Shown: positions 1-9,014 of the stretch, piece by piece
Layout of the letters: each line of letters begins with the position of its first letter
Position numbering within the stretch: the first letter of the stretch is position 1
NCBI GenBank assembly: GCA_041548245.1
Contig: JBFESZ010000009.1
Location: 1 to 39,285, forward strand
Reading direction: 5' to 3'
From: Sulfurimonadaceae bacterium
Lineage (GTDB): Bacteria > Campylobacterota > Campylobacteria > Campylobacterales > Sulfurimonadaceae
DNA: 39,285 nt
The notes under the pieces: generated by a model
Databases searched by the model: none
Seen by the model: only the letters and a program-made list of their open reading frames with translations
Told to the model about the DNA's origin: nothing
Position numbers and translations under genes: made by a program

Positions 1-1193
1 AAGAAGTTAAGACCTATCGTCGTTATTGTCTCTTCTGCCTTAGGATCACTCCCGTTTGCCAGCCTCTCTTTTTTATTATAACTATCATACTGGACAAAAA
101 CCGGTAATTTGTATTTTGAGTTCATCGTATGCAAGACATCGTATTCGGCGTTGACAAAATATCCTGAAGCCTTATCAAGAGCTAATTCATATGCATTGTT
201 TTTGTTTAGACCGCCAGTCTCGGTCTGTGCATACAAGGCTTTTAGTTTAGCACCTGAATTCTCATACATAGTATGCACTTCATAGGTCAAGGCGGTAGAA
301 CCGCTCGCTTCACCCTGTCCGGCTGCACCGTAGTAGACAGATCCGCCAAGAAGAAGACCTTCAACACCGCTGTAGTCCAATCGAGCGATACCGGCTACAC
401 GGTTCATCGCTCCTTTCTCTTGCGAACCAATACGACCATTTCTTGTCGTTGTCGTGTCCTGATCTGCAGGATCTAAAGGAGTATGCTTAACAGTATAATC
501 AATCGCATTGACTATACCTAGATTATAGTTCAGACCTGTTTCACCGACTCTACCATAGGCCATCACACCGTTTTCATGCCATGTAGAAGGGATAATCTGA
601 GTCTCCGTTTGTGGACGTTGAATCGTATTGAACAGAGTAGGTTCGTGACGCAGGTTTGTCAGACCCATCGGTACTAACAGGTGTCCCACCTGGATATTGA
701 AGTTTTCATGAAGCAGGAAGTCAAGGTACATGAACTCGACAACCACTTTACCACCACTGTCGGTACTGCCGTGTTCGACTTCCAATTCGACATTAAGCAC
801 GACATTGTCATCAAACTTATAACCGATATATGGGACGAAACGATAGACATCGGCAAAATTATCAGCATTATCCGGAGCTGCATAATACATCTCACCGTAC
901 CCACCGATTGAAAGCGGTGATTTTGAGTAGTATACCTTTGAAGCGGCAGCACCCATTCCATTATGCGATTTGTCTGTATTAACCACATTGAAGTTAAAAC
1001 CTGTTTTGAGATCAGCTGTCTCTTCGATAAGTGTATTGGCTACCTCAGCGGTTTCTTGGTTCTGTTTTTCAACCTTGTTAAGACGTTCAGTCAAAGCTTT
1101 AAGCTGCGCTCTTAGTTCATCAGTCTGTGCATCTGCCATAAGTGATGTTGATAAAGCCGAAGCCACTACCATTGATAGCATTGTTTTTTTCAT
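1..1193 (-). CDS. Outer-membrane porin-like beta-barrel protein, probably iron-regulated (3' end beyond window; not in ORF track)
   Basis: Manual translation from ATG at 1193 (SD AGAGGG upstream): signal peptide MKKTMLSMVVASALSTSLMA, coiled-coil N-terminus, then SIGGYGEMYY, RFVPYIGYKF, ELEVEHG...VVVEFMYLDF, HEPTLFNTIQRP, IIPSTWHENG. The same frame reads ...TIGLNF at the window edge. Confidence 0.8.
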   Translation of the reverse strand, partial: MKKTMLSMVVASALSTSLMADAQTDELRAQLKALTERLNKVEKQNQETAEVANTLIEETADLKTGFNFNVVNTDKSHNGMGAAASKVYYSKSPLSIGGYGEMYYAAPDNADNFADVYRFVPYIGYKFDDNVVLNVELEVEHGSTDSGGKVVVEFMYLDFLLHENFNIQVGHLLVPMGLTNLRHEPTLFNTIQRPQTETQIIPSTWHENGVMAYGRVGETGLNYNLGIVNAIDYTVKHTPLDPADQDTTTTRNGRIGSQEKGAMNRVAGIARLDYSGVEGLLLGGSVYYGAAGQGEASGSTALTYEVHTMYENSGAKLKALYAQTETGGLNKNNAYELALDKASGYFVNAEYDVLHTMNSKYKLPVFVQYDSYNKKERLANGSDPKAEETITTIGLNF

Positions 1194-1214
1194 TGTATTA
1201 ACCCTCTTAATTAC

Positions 1215-1301
1215 TGATAATTGTTATCAATATTGTTTTAAATATGACGAAATAGTACTGATATTTGTTATCAAAGTCAACAGTAATGGTAATAGTTATC
1301 A
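1215..1301. promoter_or_regulatory. Three Fur/PerR-type 7-1-7 boxes upstream of the porin gene
   Basis: TGATAATTGTTATCA (1215-1229), TGATATTTGTTATCA (1259-1273) and TGGTAATAGTTATCA (1287-1301), compared with consensus TGATAATnATTATCA. Confidence 0.75.
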
Positions 1302-1342
1302 AAATATTGACAAAAAAGAGGCTAGAAATATATTGAGTGTGT

Positions 1343-1369
1343 AAAAACAGGACATAAATTGTCCTGTTT
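1343..1369 (-). terminator. Probable intrinsic terminator after the 1394-1780 gene
   Basis: 10-bp stem AAACAGGACA/TGTCCTGTTT with a 5-nt loop, running into a T tract on the minus strand. Confidence 0.55.
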
Positions 1370-1393
1370 GAGAAAATGAGCTTCTTGTATTTT

Positions 1394-1780
1394 TTAAAAA
1401 AGTGCCATGTAGAGAAGATAGGGATAGAGCATCAGGCCCATAGTAAGCATAATGGGATGTAGGGGAAGCTTGAGCATAGTCTTCATCTCCACGCTTAACT
1501 CATCCAGAACAAAGTGCTTGTGAATGAGTTGGACCTTAAAGATGATGTCAATACTTTTTATGAGCAAAATAGCCAATACCCAAAGATTGTATTGAGTGAT
1601 GTAAAAGATATATAGTCCGAGGATATAACTTGGATGCATCAGATAGAGAAGATAGGGGCTTTTAATGTAGTAATGGTATATTTTTTGCAGCATGACCAAA
1701 AGAGTCGGGGACTTTTGCCAGATCATCTCGTAAAGTTCTGCGATGATAAAAAGAATAAAGAGTATAAGTTCATAAGACAT
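1394..1780 (-). CDS. Hypothetical membrane protein
   Basis: 128 aa with about 4 hydrophobic segments; no family recognised. Confidence 0.75.
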   Translation of the reverse strand: MSYELILFILFIIAELYEMIWQKSPTLLVMLQKIYHYYIKSPYLLYLMHPSYILGLYIFYITQYNLWVLAILLIKSIDIIFKVQLIHKHFVLDELSVEMKTMLKLPLHPIMLTMGLMLYPYLLYMALF

Positions 1781-1822
1781 GTGAAATGATAGTATAATTC
1801 CATCAATAAACGAAGGAAATCA

Positions 1823-2542
1823 ATGTCATTATTTTACACCGATGAAGAAGGCGCACGTGTCTGTGTACAGGATTTTTACCCAGAAGAGAACATTTACGAA
1901 GAGAAAACAACACTTCTGTATGTATTTATAAAGTTTGACGGGGATGATGAAGAGCTACTGCTCATAGAGCAAAGATTGCTGGAAAAGTGTAAAAAGCTTC
2001 ATCTCGATTATGTCGGATGGAGAGTGTTTGAAGATTGGTTGGAGTTCTATTTCTACGGTGAAGAGGCAAAGGGCTTCGAGAATGCTCTTAATGATGCACT
2101 CAAACCTGAATATCTTTTTGAAAGCGGACATCGCAAAGACAAGAAGTATGAGACCTATTATAAGATGTTGATGCCCAATGTTCAGGAGTTCCATAATATT
2201 CAAAGTGAAGAGATCATTGCCGATCTGCAAGATGCCGGCGATGACCTGGAAGCTGAACATCGAATAGAGTTTTATGCTATGTTTATGACCTCAGGCCAGA
2301 GAAAACGTTTTATTGAGGCTATTGAAGAGGCAGGTTTTAGTTTCTTGCAGGAGTTTCTTGATGAGAAGGCTGAAGACGATTTTGTCTATGGGGTTGTGTT
2401 CTACAAGCTATCACCGATCAGTATAGAACTTCTTAATTCACATACCCAAGACATCTTTCCACTTATCGAAGCAGAGCATGGCCGTTATGAAGGCTGGGGA
2501 ACAGAGTCTTTGACGGCTATGGAAATGCAAGAGAGCGAATAG
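1823..2542 (+). CDS. DUF695-like / RraB-like domain protein
   Basis: Acidic 239 aa; YVGWR..EFYFY, D..YETY N-terminal half; IIADLQDAGDDL...H.IEFY and GRYEGWGT C-terminus typical of RraB-like domains; SD AAGGA. Confidence 0.7.
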   Translation: MSLFYTDEEGARVCVQDFYPEENIYEEKTTLLYVFIKFDGDDEELLLIEQRLLEKCKKLHLDYVGWRVFEDWLEFYFYGEEAKGFENALNDALKPEYLFESGHRKDKKYETYYKMLMPNVQEFHNIQSEEIIADLQDAGDDLEAEHRIEFYAMFMTSGQRKRFIEAIEEAGFSFLQEFLDEKAEDDFVYGVVFYKLSPISIELLNSHTQDIFPLIEAEHGRYEGWGTESLTAMEMQESE

Positions 2543-2590
2543 TTGTTTTTTTATAGTTCCATGCTTTAGTGAGTTATTAGACATCATTAA

Positions 2591-2599
2591 TGCTACAAT
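2591..2599 (+). promoter_or_regulatory. Extended -10 promoter element for aas
   Basis: TGCTACAAT matches the TGnTAnAAT sigma70 element; about 40 nt upstream of the ATG, with SD AGAGGG between. Confidence 0.5.
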
Positions 2600-2638
2600 A
2601 CTCCCGCTAATTCAACCAATTTAGAGGGTGATATACAT

Positions 2639-5600
2639 ATGTTTGTAAAAGATAGTATCTGGAAAATCAGGGGGCTTCTGCCCTATATTGTGGTGGTTTT
2701 TTTAAACGCGTTCACAGACCTTGGTCATAAAATCATCATCCAGAACACGGTTTTCAAGATCTACGACGGCCAGACTCAGATAATTCTTACGGCCATTGTC
2801 AATGCATTAATCCTCATTCCCTTCGTCCTGCTCTTTACACCTTCAGGTTTTCTCTCAGATAAGTATACTAAAAACAGGGTGATGCGTTATGCCGCATGGG
2901 CGGCTGTGGTGATCACCTTGGGCATTACTCTCTCATACTATCTTGGCGAGTTTGAACTGGCTTTTTTTCTGACATTCATACTGGCAGTCCAATCGGCTCT
3001 GTATTCACCGGCTAAATACGGCTATATCAAAGAGTTGGTCGGGAATAGATATCTGACACTTGGAAACGGGATAGTCCAGGCAGTTACGACGGTGTCAATT
3101 CTTGCGGGTATTTTTGTCTACTCTATATTTTTCGAAGCGCTTTTGTCCCAGAAGGAGTATGCTGACGCGACTACAATATTAAAACATATCGCACCTATCG
3201 GTTGGGCTTTGGTCTTGGGTTCGGTCATTGAGCTGCTCCTTGCATACAGACTGCCAGACACGAAGGTTAAAAGTAATCTTCGATTTAATCTAAAAAAATA
3301 CTATAGCGGAGAGTATCTAAAGACAAATATCAAAGCCATCACACAAGAGAGTGTCATCTTTCACTCAATTATCGGTCTGTCACTTTTCTGGTCGGTCTCA
3401 CAAGTCGTTTTGGCTAGTTTTCCTGCTTATGCCAAGGAGAGTCTGGAAGTGACCAATACGGTGCTGGTCCAGGGGATGATGGCACTTGCCGGTATTGGGA
3501 TTGTTATTGGTTCAATTGTGGCAGGAAAGGTTTCGAAGGACTACATCGAGACGGGGAGTATACCTTTGGGTGCCCTGGGTATTACAGTGACGCTTTTATT
3601 GCTTCCTTTACTTAGAGATCTTAGTATGCATGGTCTAAACTTTTTTGCTTTTGGCTTTTTTGCCGGCCTGTTTATTGTCCCTTTGAATGCCTTGATACAG
3701 TTTAATGCCAAAGAACACGAACTTGGATTGGTTATTGCCGGAAACAATTTTATTCAAAATATCTCTATGATCGCATTTTTAGCATTGACCGTACTCTTCG
3801 CTGTTTTTGGTATGGATAGCATCGGGCTTTTTTATTTGATGTTGATTGTTGCCTTGGTAGGTTCGGTCTATGTGATTGCTTATATTCCCCAGTCATTGGT
3901 CATATTCTTGATTTCTTCACTGCTGTCACGGCGTCTTAAGATTGAAGTTTTAGGGTTTAATAACATTCCTCAAACTGGAGGAGTGTTACTTTTAGGCAAT
4001 CATATCTCATGGTTGGACTGGGCGATTGTACAGATGAGTATACCCAGAGCGGTACGGTTTGTGATGGACAGGTCGATTTACGAAAAGTGGTACCTCAAAG
4101 CATTTTTGGACTTTTTCAATGTCATTCCAGTCTCATCACGCGGTGCGAAAGAGGCCGCCGTCAAGGTAAAAGAGCTTTTGGATGCGGGTGAGGTGGTCTG
4201 TATCTTTCCGGAAGGAAGTATCAGTCGTACGGGCCAGCTATCCGAATTTAAGAAAGGCTTTGAACTCATGGCCAAAGATGCAAATGCAGTGATTGTGCCT
4301 TTCTATTTAAGAGGAATGTGGGGAAGCCGTTTTTCACGTTCATCGGCTAAGTTCAAAGCAACAAAAAAGAGCAGAAAACGCGAAGTGATTATTGCTTTTT
4401 CACAGCCAATAGAGGTTGATGCTACGGCACAACAGGTCAAACAGAAAGTGTTTGAACTCTCACTGACTTCCTGGGAACACCATACTCAGTCTCTTCCATC
4501 CATGCCTCGAGCCTGGGTCAAGACAGCCAAACGATTTGGCAATGATTTCTGTATGGCAGACTCAAAAGGCAACAGCCTCACTTTTACGAAAACTCTGGTA
4601 GCAACGATGCTGTTTTCAGGCTTGATAAAAAGAGTAGAAGAGCAAAACATCGGTATATTGATGCCGACTTCCTCGGCAGGTGCCATTATCAATATGGCTG
4701 CGTTGATGGCAGGCAAGACAGTAGTGAACCTTAACTATACTGCTTCGATAGGTTCAGTATGCTCATCCATAGAAAAAGCACAGATTAGTACGATTTACAC
4801 TTCAAAGATGTTCGTTACGAAGCTTAAAGCGAAGGGCATTGATACGGATAGTTTGCTGAAGAATAAGCAAGTCGTCTATCTTGAGGAATCAAAGGCAGAT
4901 ATCTCAAAGTTTAAGTCAATAGTCACTCTCCTCATTGTTAAACTTTTGCCGGCGTTCATACTAGAAAGAGTCTATGTTAGAAAGGCTTCCAATGAGGAAG
5001 TGGCCGCTATTTTGTTCAGTTCGGGCTCAGAAGGTGAACCAAAGGGTGTCATGCTGACGCATAGAAACTTTATATCAAATATCAAACAGATTGCAGATGT
5101 CTTAAATGTGCGTAGTGAGGATGTTATTTTGGCTTCATTGCCGCTGTTCCATGCTTTTGGCCTGACCGCGACAACTTGGTTGCCACTTATTGAAGGGGTG
5201 CCGATGGTATGTCATCCTGATCCTACCGATGCTGTTGGTATAGCCAAAGCAACAGCGAGTTACAGAGCAACTATTATGTTCGGAACCTCTACGTTCTACA
5301 GGCTTTACACTCGAAACAAAAAAGTGCACCCTTTGATGTTTGAAAGCCTTCGTATCGCTGTGTCGGGAGCTGAAAAATTAAGTCCCGAAGTCAAAGATGC
5401 CTTTAATTCAAAATTCAACAGGAACATACTGGAAGGATATGGGGTGACAGAGTGTGCACCTGTAGCCAGTGTCAACCTTCCCGATGTACTTGAAACTGAC
5501 GGGTTTACAGTACAGGTCGGCAATAAGGAGGGAAGTGTAGGTATGCCACTTCCGGGTACGGCATTTAGGATTGTCGACCCGCATAGTATGCAGGAATTGA

Positions 5601-6097
5601 AAGTTGATGAAGATGGGCTTATCCTAATTGGCGGGCCACAGGTGATGAAAGGCTATTTGAATGATGAGCGTAAGACAGCGGATGTGATGGTTGAGATCGA
5701 TGGTGTTAGATGGTATAAGACGGGAGATAAAGGTCATATTGATGCTGATGGGTATCTCTTTATTGTCGATAGGTATTCACGCTTTGCAAAACTCGGTGGT
5801 GAGATGGTCTCATTAGGCGCCATAGAGTCTGAAATAAAAAGGTATATCAATAGTGATGAGGTGGAGGTGTTGTCAGTGAGCCTTCCTGATGAAAAGAAGG
5901 GTGAGAAAGTTGTTTTGCTCGTTCACGGATATCCCGATGCGTCCGGTTTGAAAAGAAATCTCATCGATTTCGGGATGAATCCTTTATGCATACCATCAGA
6001 GATCTATGATGTGCAGCAGATTCCAAAACTTGGTTCAGGCAAAAGCGACTTTTCGGCAGCAAAACAATTGGCTCTAGACATAGAGGGTGCACAGTAG
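2639..6097 (+). CDS. aas: Acyl-[ACP]--phospholipid O-acyltransferase (LplT-like MFS + acyltransferase + acyl-ACP synthetase fusion)
   Basis: N-terminal MFS helices (YSPAKYG), acyltransferase NHISWLD and FPEG motifs, AMP-binding FSSGSEGEPKG, YGVTE, YKTGD. Confidence 0.93.
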   Translation: MFVKDSIWKIRGLLPYIVVVFLNAFTDLGHKIIIQNTVFKIYDGQTQIILTAIVNALILIPFVLLFTPSGFLSDKYTKNRVMRYAAWAAVVITLGITLSYYLGEFELAFFLTFILAVQSALYSPAKYGYIKELVGNRYLTLGNGIVQAVTTVSILAGIFVYSIFFEALLSQKEYADATTILKHIAPIGWALVLGSVIELLLAYRLPDTKVKSNLRFNLKKYYSGEYLKTNIKAITQESVIFHSIIGLSLFWSVSQVVLASFPAYAKESLEVTNTVLVQGMMALAGIGIVIGSIVAGKVSKDYIETGSIPLGALGITVTLLLLPLLRDLSMHGLNFFAFGFFAGLFIVPLNALIQFNAKEHELGLVIAGNNFIQNISMIAFLALTVLFAVFGMDSIGLFYLMLIVALVGSVYVIAYIPQSLVIFLISSLLSRRLKIEVLGFNNIPQTGGVLLLGNHISWLDWAIVQMSIPRAVRFVMDRSIYEKWYLKAFLDFFNVIPVSSRGAKEAAVKVKELLDAGEVVCIFPEGSISRTGQLSEFKKGFELMAKDANAVIVPFYLRGMWGSRFSRSSAKFKATKKSRKREVIIAFSQPIEVDATAQQVKQKVFELSLTSWEHHTQSLPSMPRAWVKTAKRFGNDFCMADSKGNSLTFTKTLVATMLFSGLIKRVEEQNIGILMPTSSAGAIINMAALMAGKTVVNLNYTASIGSVCSSIEKAQISTIYTSKMFVTKLKAKGIDTDSLLKNKQVVYLEESKADISKFKSIVTLLIVKLLPAFILERVYVRKASNEEVAAILFSSGSEGEPKGVMLTHRNFISNIKQIADVLNVRSEDVILASLPLFHAFGLTATTWLPLIEGVPMVCHPDPTDAVGIAKATASYRATIMFGTSTFYRLYTRNKKVHPLMFESLRIAVSGAEKLSPEVKDAFNSKFNRNILEGYGVTECAPVASVNLPDVLETDGFTVQVGNKEGSVGMPLPGTAFRIVDPHSMQELKVDEDGLILIGGPQVMKGYLNDERKTADVMVEIDGVRWYKTGDKGHIDADGYLFIVDRYSRFAKLGGEMVSLGAIESEIKRYINSDEVEVLSVSLPDEKKGEKVVLLVHGYPDASGLKRNLIDFGMNPLCIPSEIYDVQQIPKLGSGKSDFSAAKQLALDIEGAQ

Positions 6098-6136
6098 ATT
6101 GAACGGTTTAACCAAAGTGTAAAAGCTGTTGTTGAT

Positions 6137-6167
6137 CTTTATTGAGCTTGTGCTAATAAAGGTTTTT
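6137..6167 (+). terminator. Possible intrinsic terminator after aas
   Basis: CTTTATT-G-AGC/GCT-AATAAAG stem followed by GTTTTT; AT-rich, so weak. Confidence 0.4.
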
Positions 6168-6247
6168 ATATAATCATAAATATCAACTCTCTGTAGTGAT
6201 ATCTTTAAGCGTTATCGCTCCATAGGGTCTTAAAACAAATATAAAAG

Positions 6248-6703
6248 TTGGTGACAAAAAGTATGATAACAACGATAGAGGAGTTGCGAAAGAGAAGGCG
6301 ACTGATGTTCTATATTCTCCTGCTTATAGCATGTATAGGGATGCTTGTAGACTATCTCTTTGAAATTGAACCGGTTGGATATTTTGAAGATGAAGCTATC
6401 AACCTTTATCTTGTCTACTTTCTTATCGGATATAAAGTGATTGAACTGAATGTTCTCTACTTTTTCTTTTATCACAGGCATTTGTTAAAATACTTTGATG
6501 TTGAGCATGATGATGAACTTTTAAAGAAGTTTAACAAAAATGCAAAACGATTCTTTATGCTTGTACCTCATGGAAGTGTGATATTCGGTATTATCTCTTA
6601 TAAACTGACTGCGGAGTTGGGATATTTCATACTCTTCCTCTTCATTGCTTCAATAGCGCTCCATCTGGTCAAGCCAAAGAAGATATTTGATCATAAAAAA
6701 TAG
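6248..6703 (+). CDS. Hypothetical membrane protein
   Basis: About 146-151 aa with 4 hydrophobic segments; start may be ATG at 6263. Confidence 0.7.
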   Translation: MVTKSMITTIEELRKRRRLMFYILLLIACIGMLVDYLFEIEPVGYFEDEAINLYLVYFLIGYKVIELNVLYFFFYHRHLLKYFDVEHDDELLKKFNKNAKRFFMLVPHGSVIFGIISYKLTAELGYFILFLFIASIALHLVKPKKIFDHKK

Positions 6704-6791
6704 CTCTCATATTGATTTTACTCTAGCTAAAGAAGAGCAAAATATATTATAATTACTCTTATCGAGCTACACGATGATGACTGGAGAAATA

Positions 6792-7160
6792 TTGGCACTT
6801 AATAAACCAAAATATACACTTTTCAAAAACACGACTTATGCTTTGGCGGGTCTTGTAGACATAACAAAACATGAGAGTTCTTTTAAGCTTCAAATACTTC
6901 TGTTTGTCGTTATGAATGCAGTGGCATGGTTTTTGCCTCTGGCTTTTCATCTTCAAGTCATACTTTCATTATCACTTTTTATCCCTATTATGGCTGAAAT
7001 CACCAACAGCGCAATAGAGAGAGTGGTCGATCTCGTAACCTTAGAATATCATGAGCTTGCTAAGCGCGCAAAAGACGCTGGTGCAGCACTGGTCTTCTTA
7101 AGTCTTGTCCTGACAGGTGCTATTTGGGCAGCTGTTTTATATATGGAATTTATCCAGTAG
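6792..7160 (+). CDS. dgkA: Diacylglycerol kinase
   Basis: EITNSAIERVVD and AKRAKDAGAA motifs; TTG start chosen for the GGAG SD upstream. Confidence 0.9.
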   Translation: MALNKPKYTLFKNTTYALAGLVDITKHESSFKLQILLFVVMNAVAWFLPLAFHLQVILSLSLFIPIMAEITNSAIERVVDLVTLEYHELAKRAKDAGAALVFLSLVLTGAIWAAVLYMEFIQ

Positions 7161-7177
7161 CATTCAAAGGAAAAATA

Positions 7178-8359
7178 ATGGCACATGTATTGATCATTGG
7201 CGCAGGTGGCGTAGGTAGAGTTGTAACACATAAGTGTGTGATGAATAAAGATGTTTTTACAAAAATCACATTGGCGAGCCGTCGTTTGGAATCGTGTAAG
7301 GTAATACAAGAAGAGCTCCCTTCCGGTAGCGTAGATATTAAACAGATAGATGCGGATAATACGGAAGAACTTGCTGCACTTATTGAAGCGATCAAAGCTG
7401 ATCTTGTCATCAACGTGGCGCTTCCTTATCAGGATCTTACGATAATGGACGCCTGTCTCTTGACCAATACACCATACTTAGATACAGCAAACTATGAACA
7501 TCCGGATGAGGCCAAGTTCGAGTACAAAGAGCAGTGGGCAAAGCATGATGCTTTCAAAGAGAAAGGCTTGATGGCTCTGCTTGGTAGCGGATTCGATCCG
7601 GGAGCGACCAATGTCTTCTGTGCGTATGCACAAAAGCACTATTTTGACGAGATACATACCATTGATATTCTTGATTGTAATGCAGGAGATCATGGATATC
7701 CATTTGCGACAAACTTCAATCCGGAGATCAATCTGCGTGAAGTCTCTGCAAATGGCCGTTATTGGGAAAACGGTGAATGGATCGAGACGAAACCGATGGA
7801 GATCAAGATGGTCTGGGATTACCCTGAAGTGGGTCCAAAAGACTCTTACCTTCTTTATCATGAAGAGATGGAATCACTCGTCAAGCATATCAAAGGACTT
7901 AAACGTATCCGTTTCTTTATGACTTTTGGCCAATCTTATCTTACGCATATGCAGTGTTTGGAGAATGTCGGGATGCTGGGCATTGAAGAGGTAGAGCATA
8001 AGGGGATGAAGATCGTTCCGATCGAGTTTTTGAAAACACTTCTTCCTGATCCTGCATCTTTGGGGCCTCGTACCAAAGGAAAAACGAACATAGGTATTGT
8101 TGCCGAAGGTATCAAAGACGGTAAAAAGAGAAAGATCTATATCTATCAAGTGAGTGATCACGAACAGTGTTATGCAGAGGTTAAATCGCAGGGAGTATCG
8201 TATACGACAGGTGTACCGGCTATGATCGGTGCTAAACTGATGTTAGAAGGAAAATGGACAGGCAAGGGTGTCTTCAACATGGAACAACTTGACCCGGACC
8301 CGTTTATGGAAGAGATGAATACCCAGGGTCTTCCATGGAAAATTTTAGAGCTTGAGTAA
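7178..8359 (+). CDS. Carboxy(nor)spermidine dehydrogenase/synthase (saccharopine dehydrogenase family)
   Basis: IIGAGGVG Rossmann motif, YLDTANYE, GSGFDPG, FATNFNPEINLRE; next to nspC; SD AAGGA before ATG 7178. Confidence 0.9.
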   Translation: MAHVLIIGAGGVGRVVTHKCVMNKDVFTKITLASRRLESCKVIQEELPSGSVDIKQIDADNTEELAALIEAIKADLVINVALPYQDLTIMDACLLTNTPYLDTANYEHPDEAKFEYKEQWAKHDAFKEKGLMALLGSGFDPGATNVFCAYAQKHYFDEIHTIDILDCNAGDHGYPFATNFNPEINLREVSANGRYWENGEWIETKPMEIKMVWDYPEVGPKDSYLLYHEEMESLVKHIKGLKRIRFFMTFGQSYLTHMQCLENVGMLGIEEVEHKGMKIVPIEFLKTLLPDPASLGPRTKGKTNIGIVAEGIKDGKKRKIYIYQVSDHEQCYAEVKSQGVSYTTGVPAMIGAKLMLEGKWTGKGVFNMEQLDPDPFMEEMNTQGLPWKILELE

Positions 8360-9014
8360 TACGGTTTGTCCTTTATGTCACAGTAGTGACACTAGATTAT
8401 ATAATGAGCATAAGACAGGTGAATACAGGCAGTGCAAGAACTGTCTGCTTGTATTTGTCCTGCCTGAACATCGTTTGGATGCGGAAGCTGAAAAAGAACG
8501 TTATGATTTACACACTAATTCACCGGATGACATAAACTACAGAAAGTTTCTTTCAAAGGTATATGAACCTGTAGTTACGCGTATAGCAAAAGGTTCTTTG
8601 GGGTTGGACTTTGGCTCCGGTCCTGGACCGACCTTGTCCAAAATGTTTGAAGAGTTCGGCTACACAATGAACATTTATGATCATTTTTACGCGAAAGACG
8701 AAACAGTCTTAAGTGTCCAGTATGACTTCATCACTTCTACCGAGGTAATTGAACACCTGTATGATCCACATGCTGTCTTGGACCAGCTATGGGCCATGCT
8801 GAAAGAAAAAGGGGTGTTGGCCTTGCTGACACAACCTTATCCTGCTGAAGAGAAGTTTGGTGACTGGTATTACAAGAATGACCCAACGCATGTCTGCTTT
8901 TTTTCGCCATATACGATGCATTGGCTTGAAAAAAGATGGCAGGCTAAACTTGAGATAATTGGCAAAGATGTCTTTATCTTTACTCGGAGAGACGATGGAA
9001 ATAGAACTAAATAA
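8352..9014 (+). CDS. Class I SAM-dependent methyltransferase with N-terminal Zn ribbon
   Basis: CPLC...CKNC, LDFGSGPG (SAM motif I), TEVIEH, WYYKNDPTHVCFF. Confidence 0.88.
   Translation: MSNTVCPLCHSSDTRLYNEHKTGEYRQCKNCLLVFVLPEHRLDAEAEKERYDLHTNSPDDINYRKFLSKVYEPVVTRIAKGSLGLDFGSGPGPTLSKMFEEFGYTMNIYDHFYAKDETVLSVQYDFITSTEVIEHLYDPHAVLDQLWAMLKEKGVLALLTQPYPAEEKFGDWYYKNDPTHVCFFSPYTMHWLEKRWQAKLEIIGKDVFIFTRRDDGNRTK

Noticed and set aside
273-1344. ORF-track ORFs 273-476, 674-988, 681-911 and 970-1344
   Set aside because: Antisense or off-frame shadows of the porin gene; 970-1344 also runs through the Fur boxes.
2639-6097. Adenylation domain as a sign of an NRPS-like cluster
   Set aside because: The architecture is the known LplT-acyltransferase-acyl-ACP synthetase (Aas) fusion; no carrier or condensation domains.
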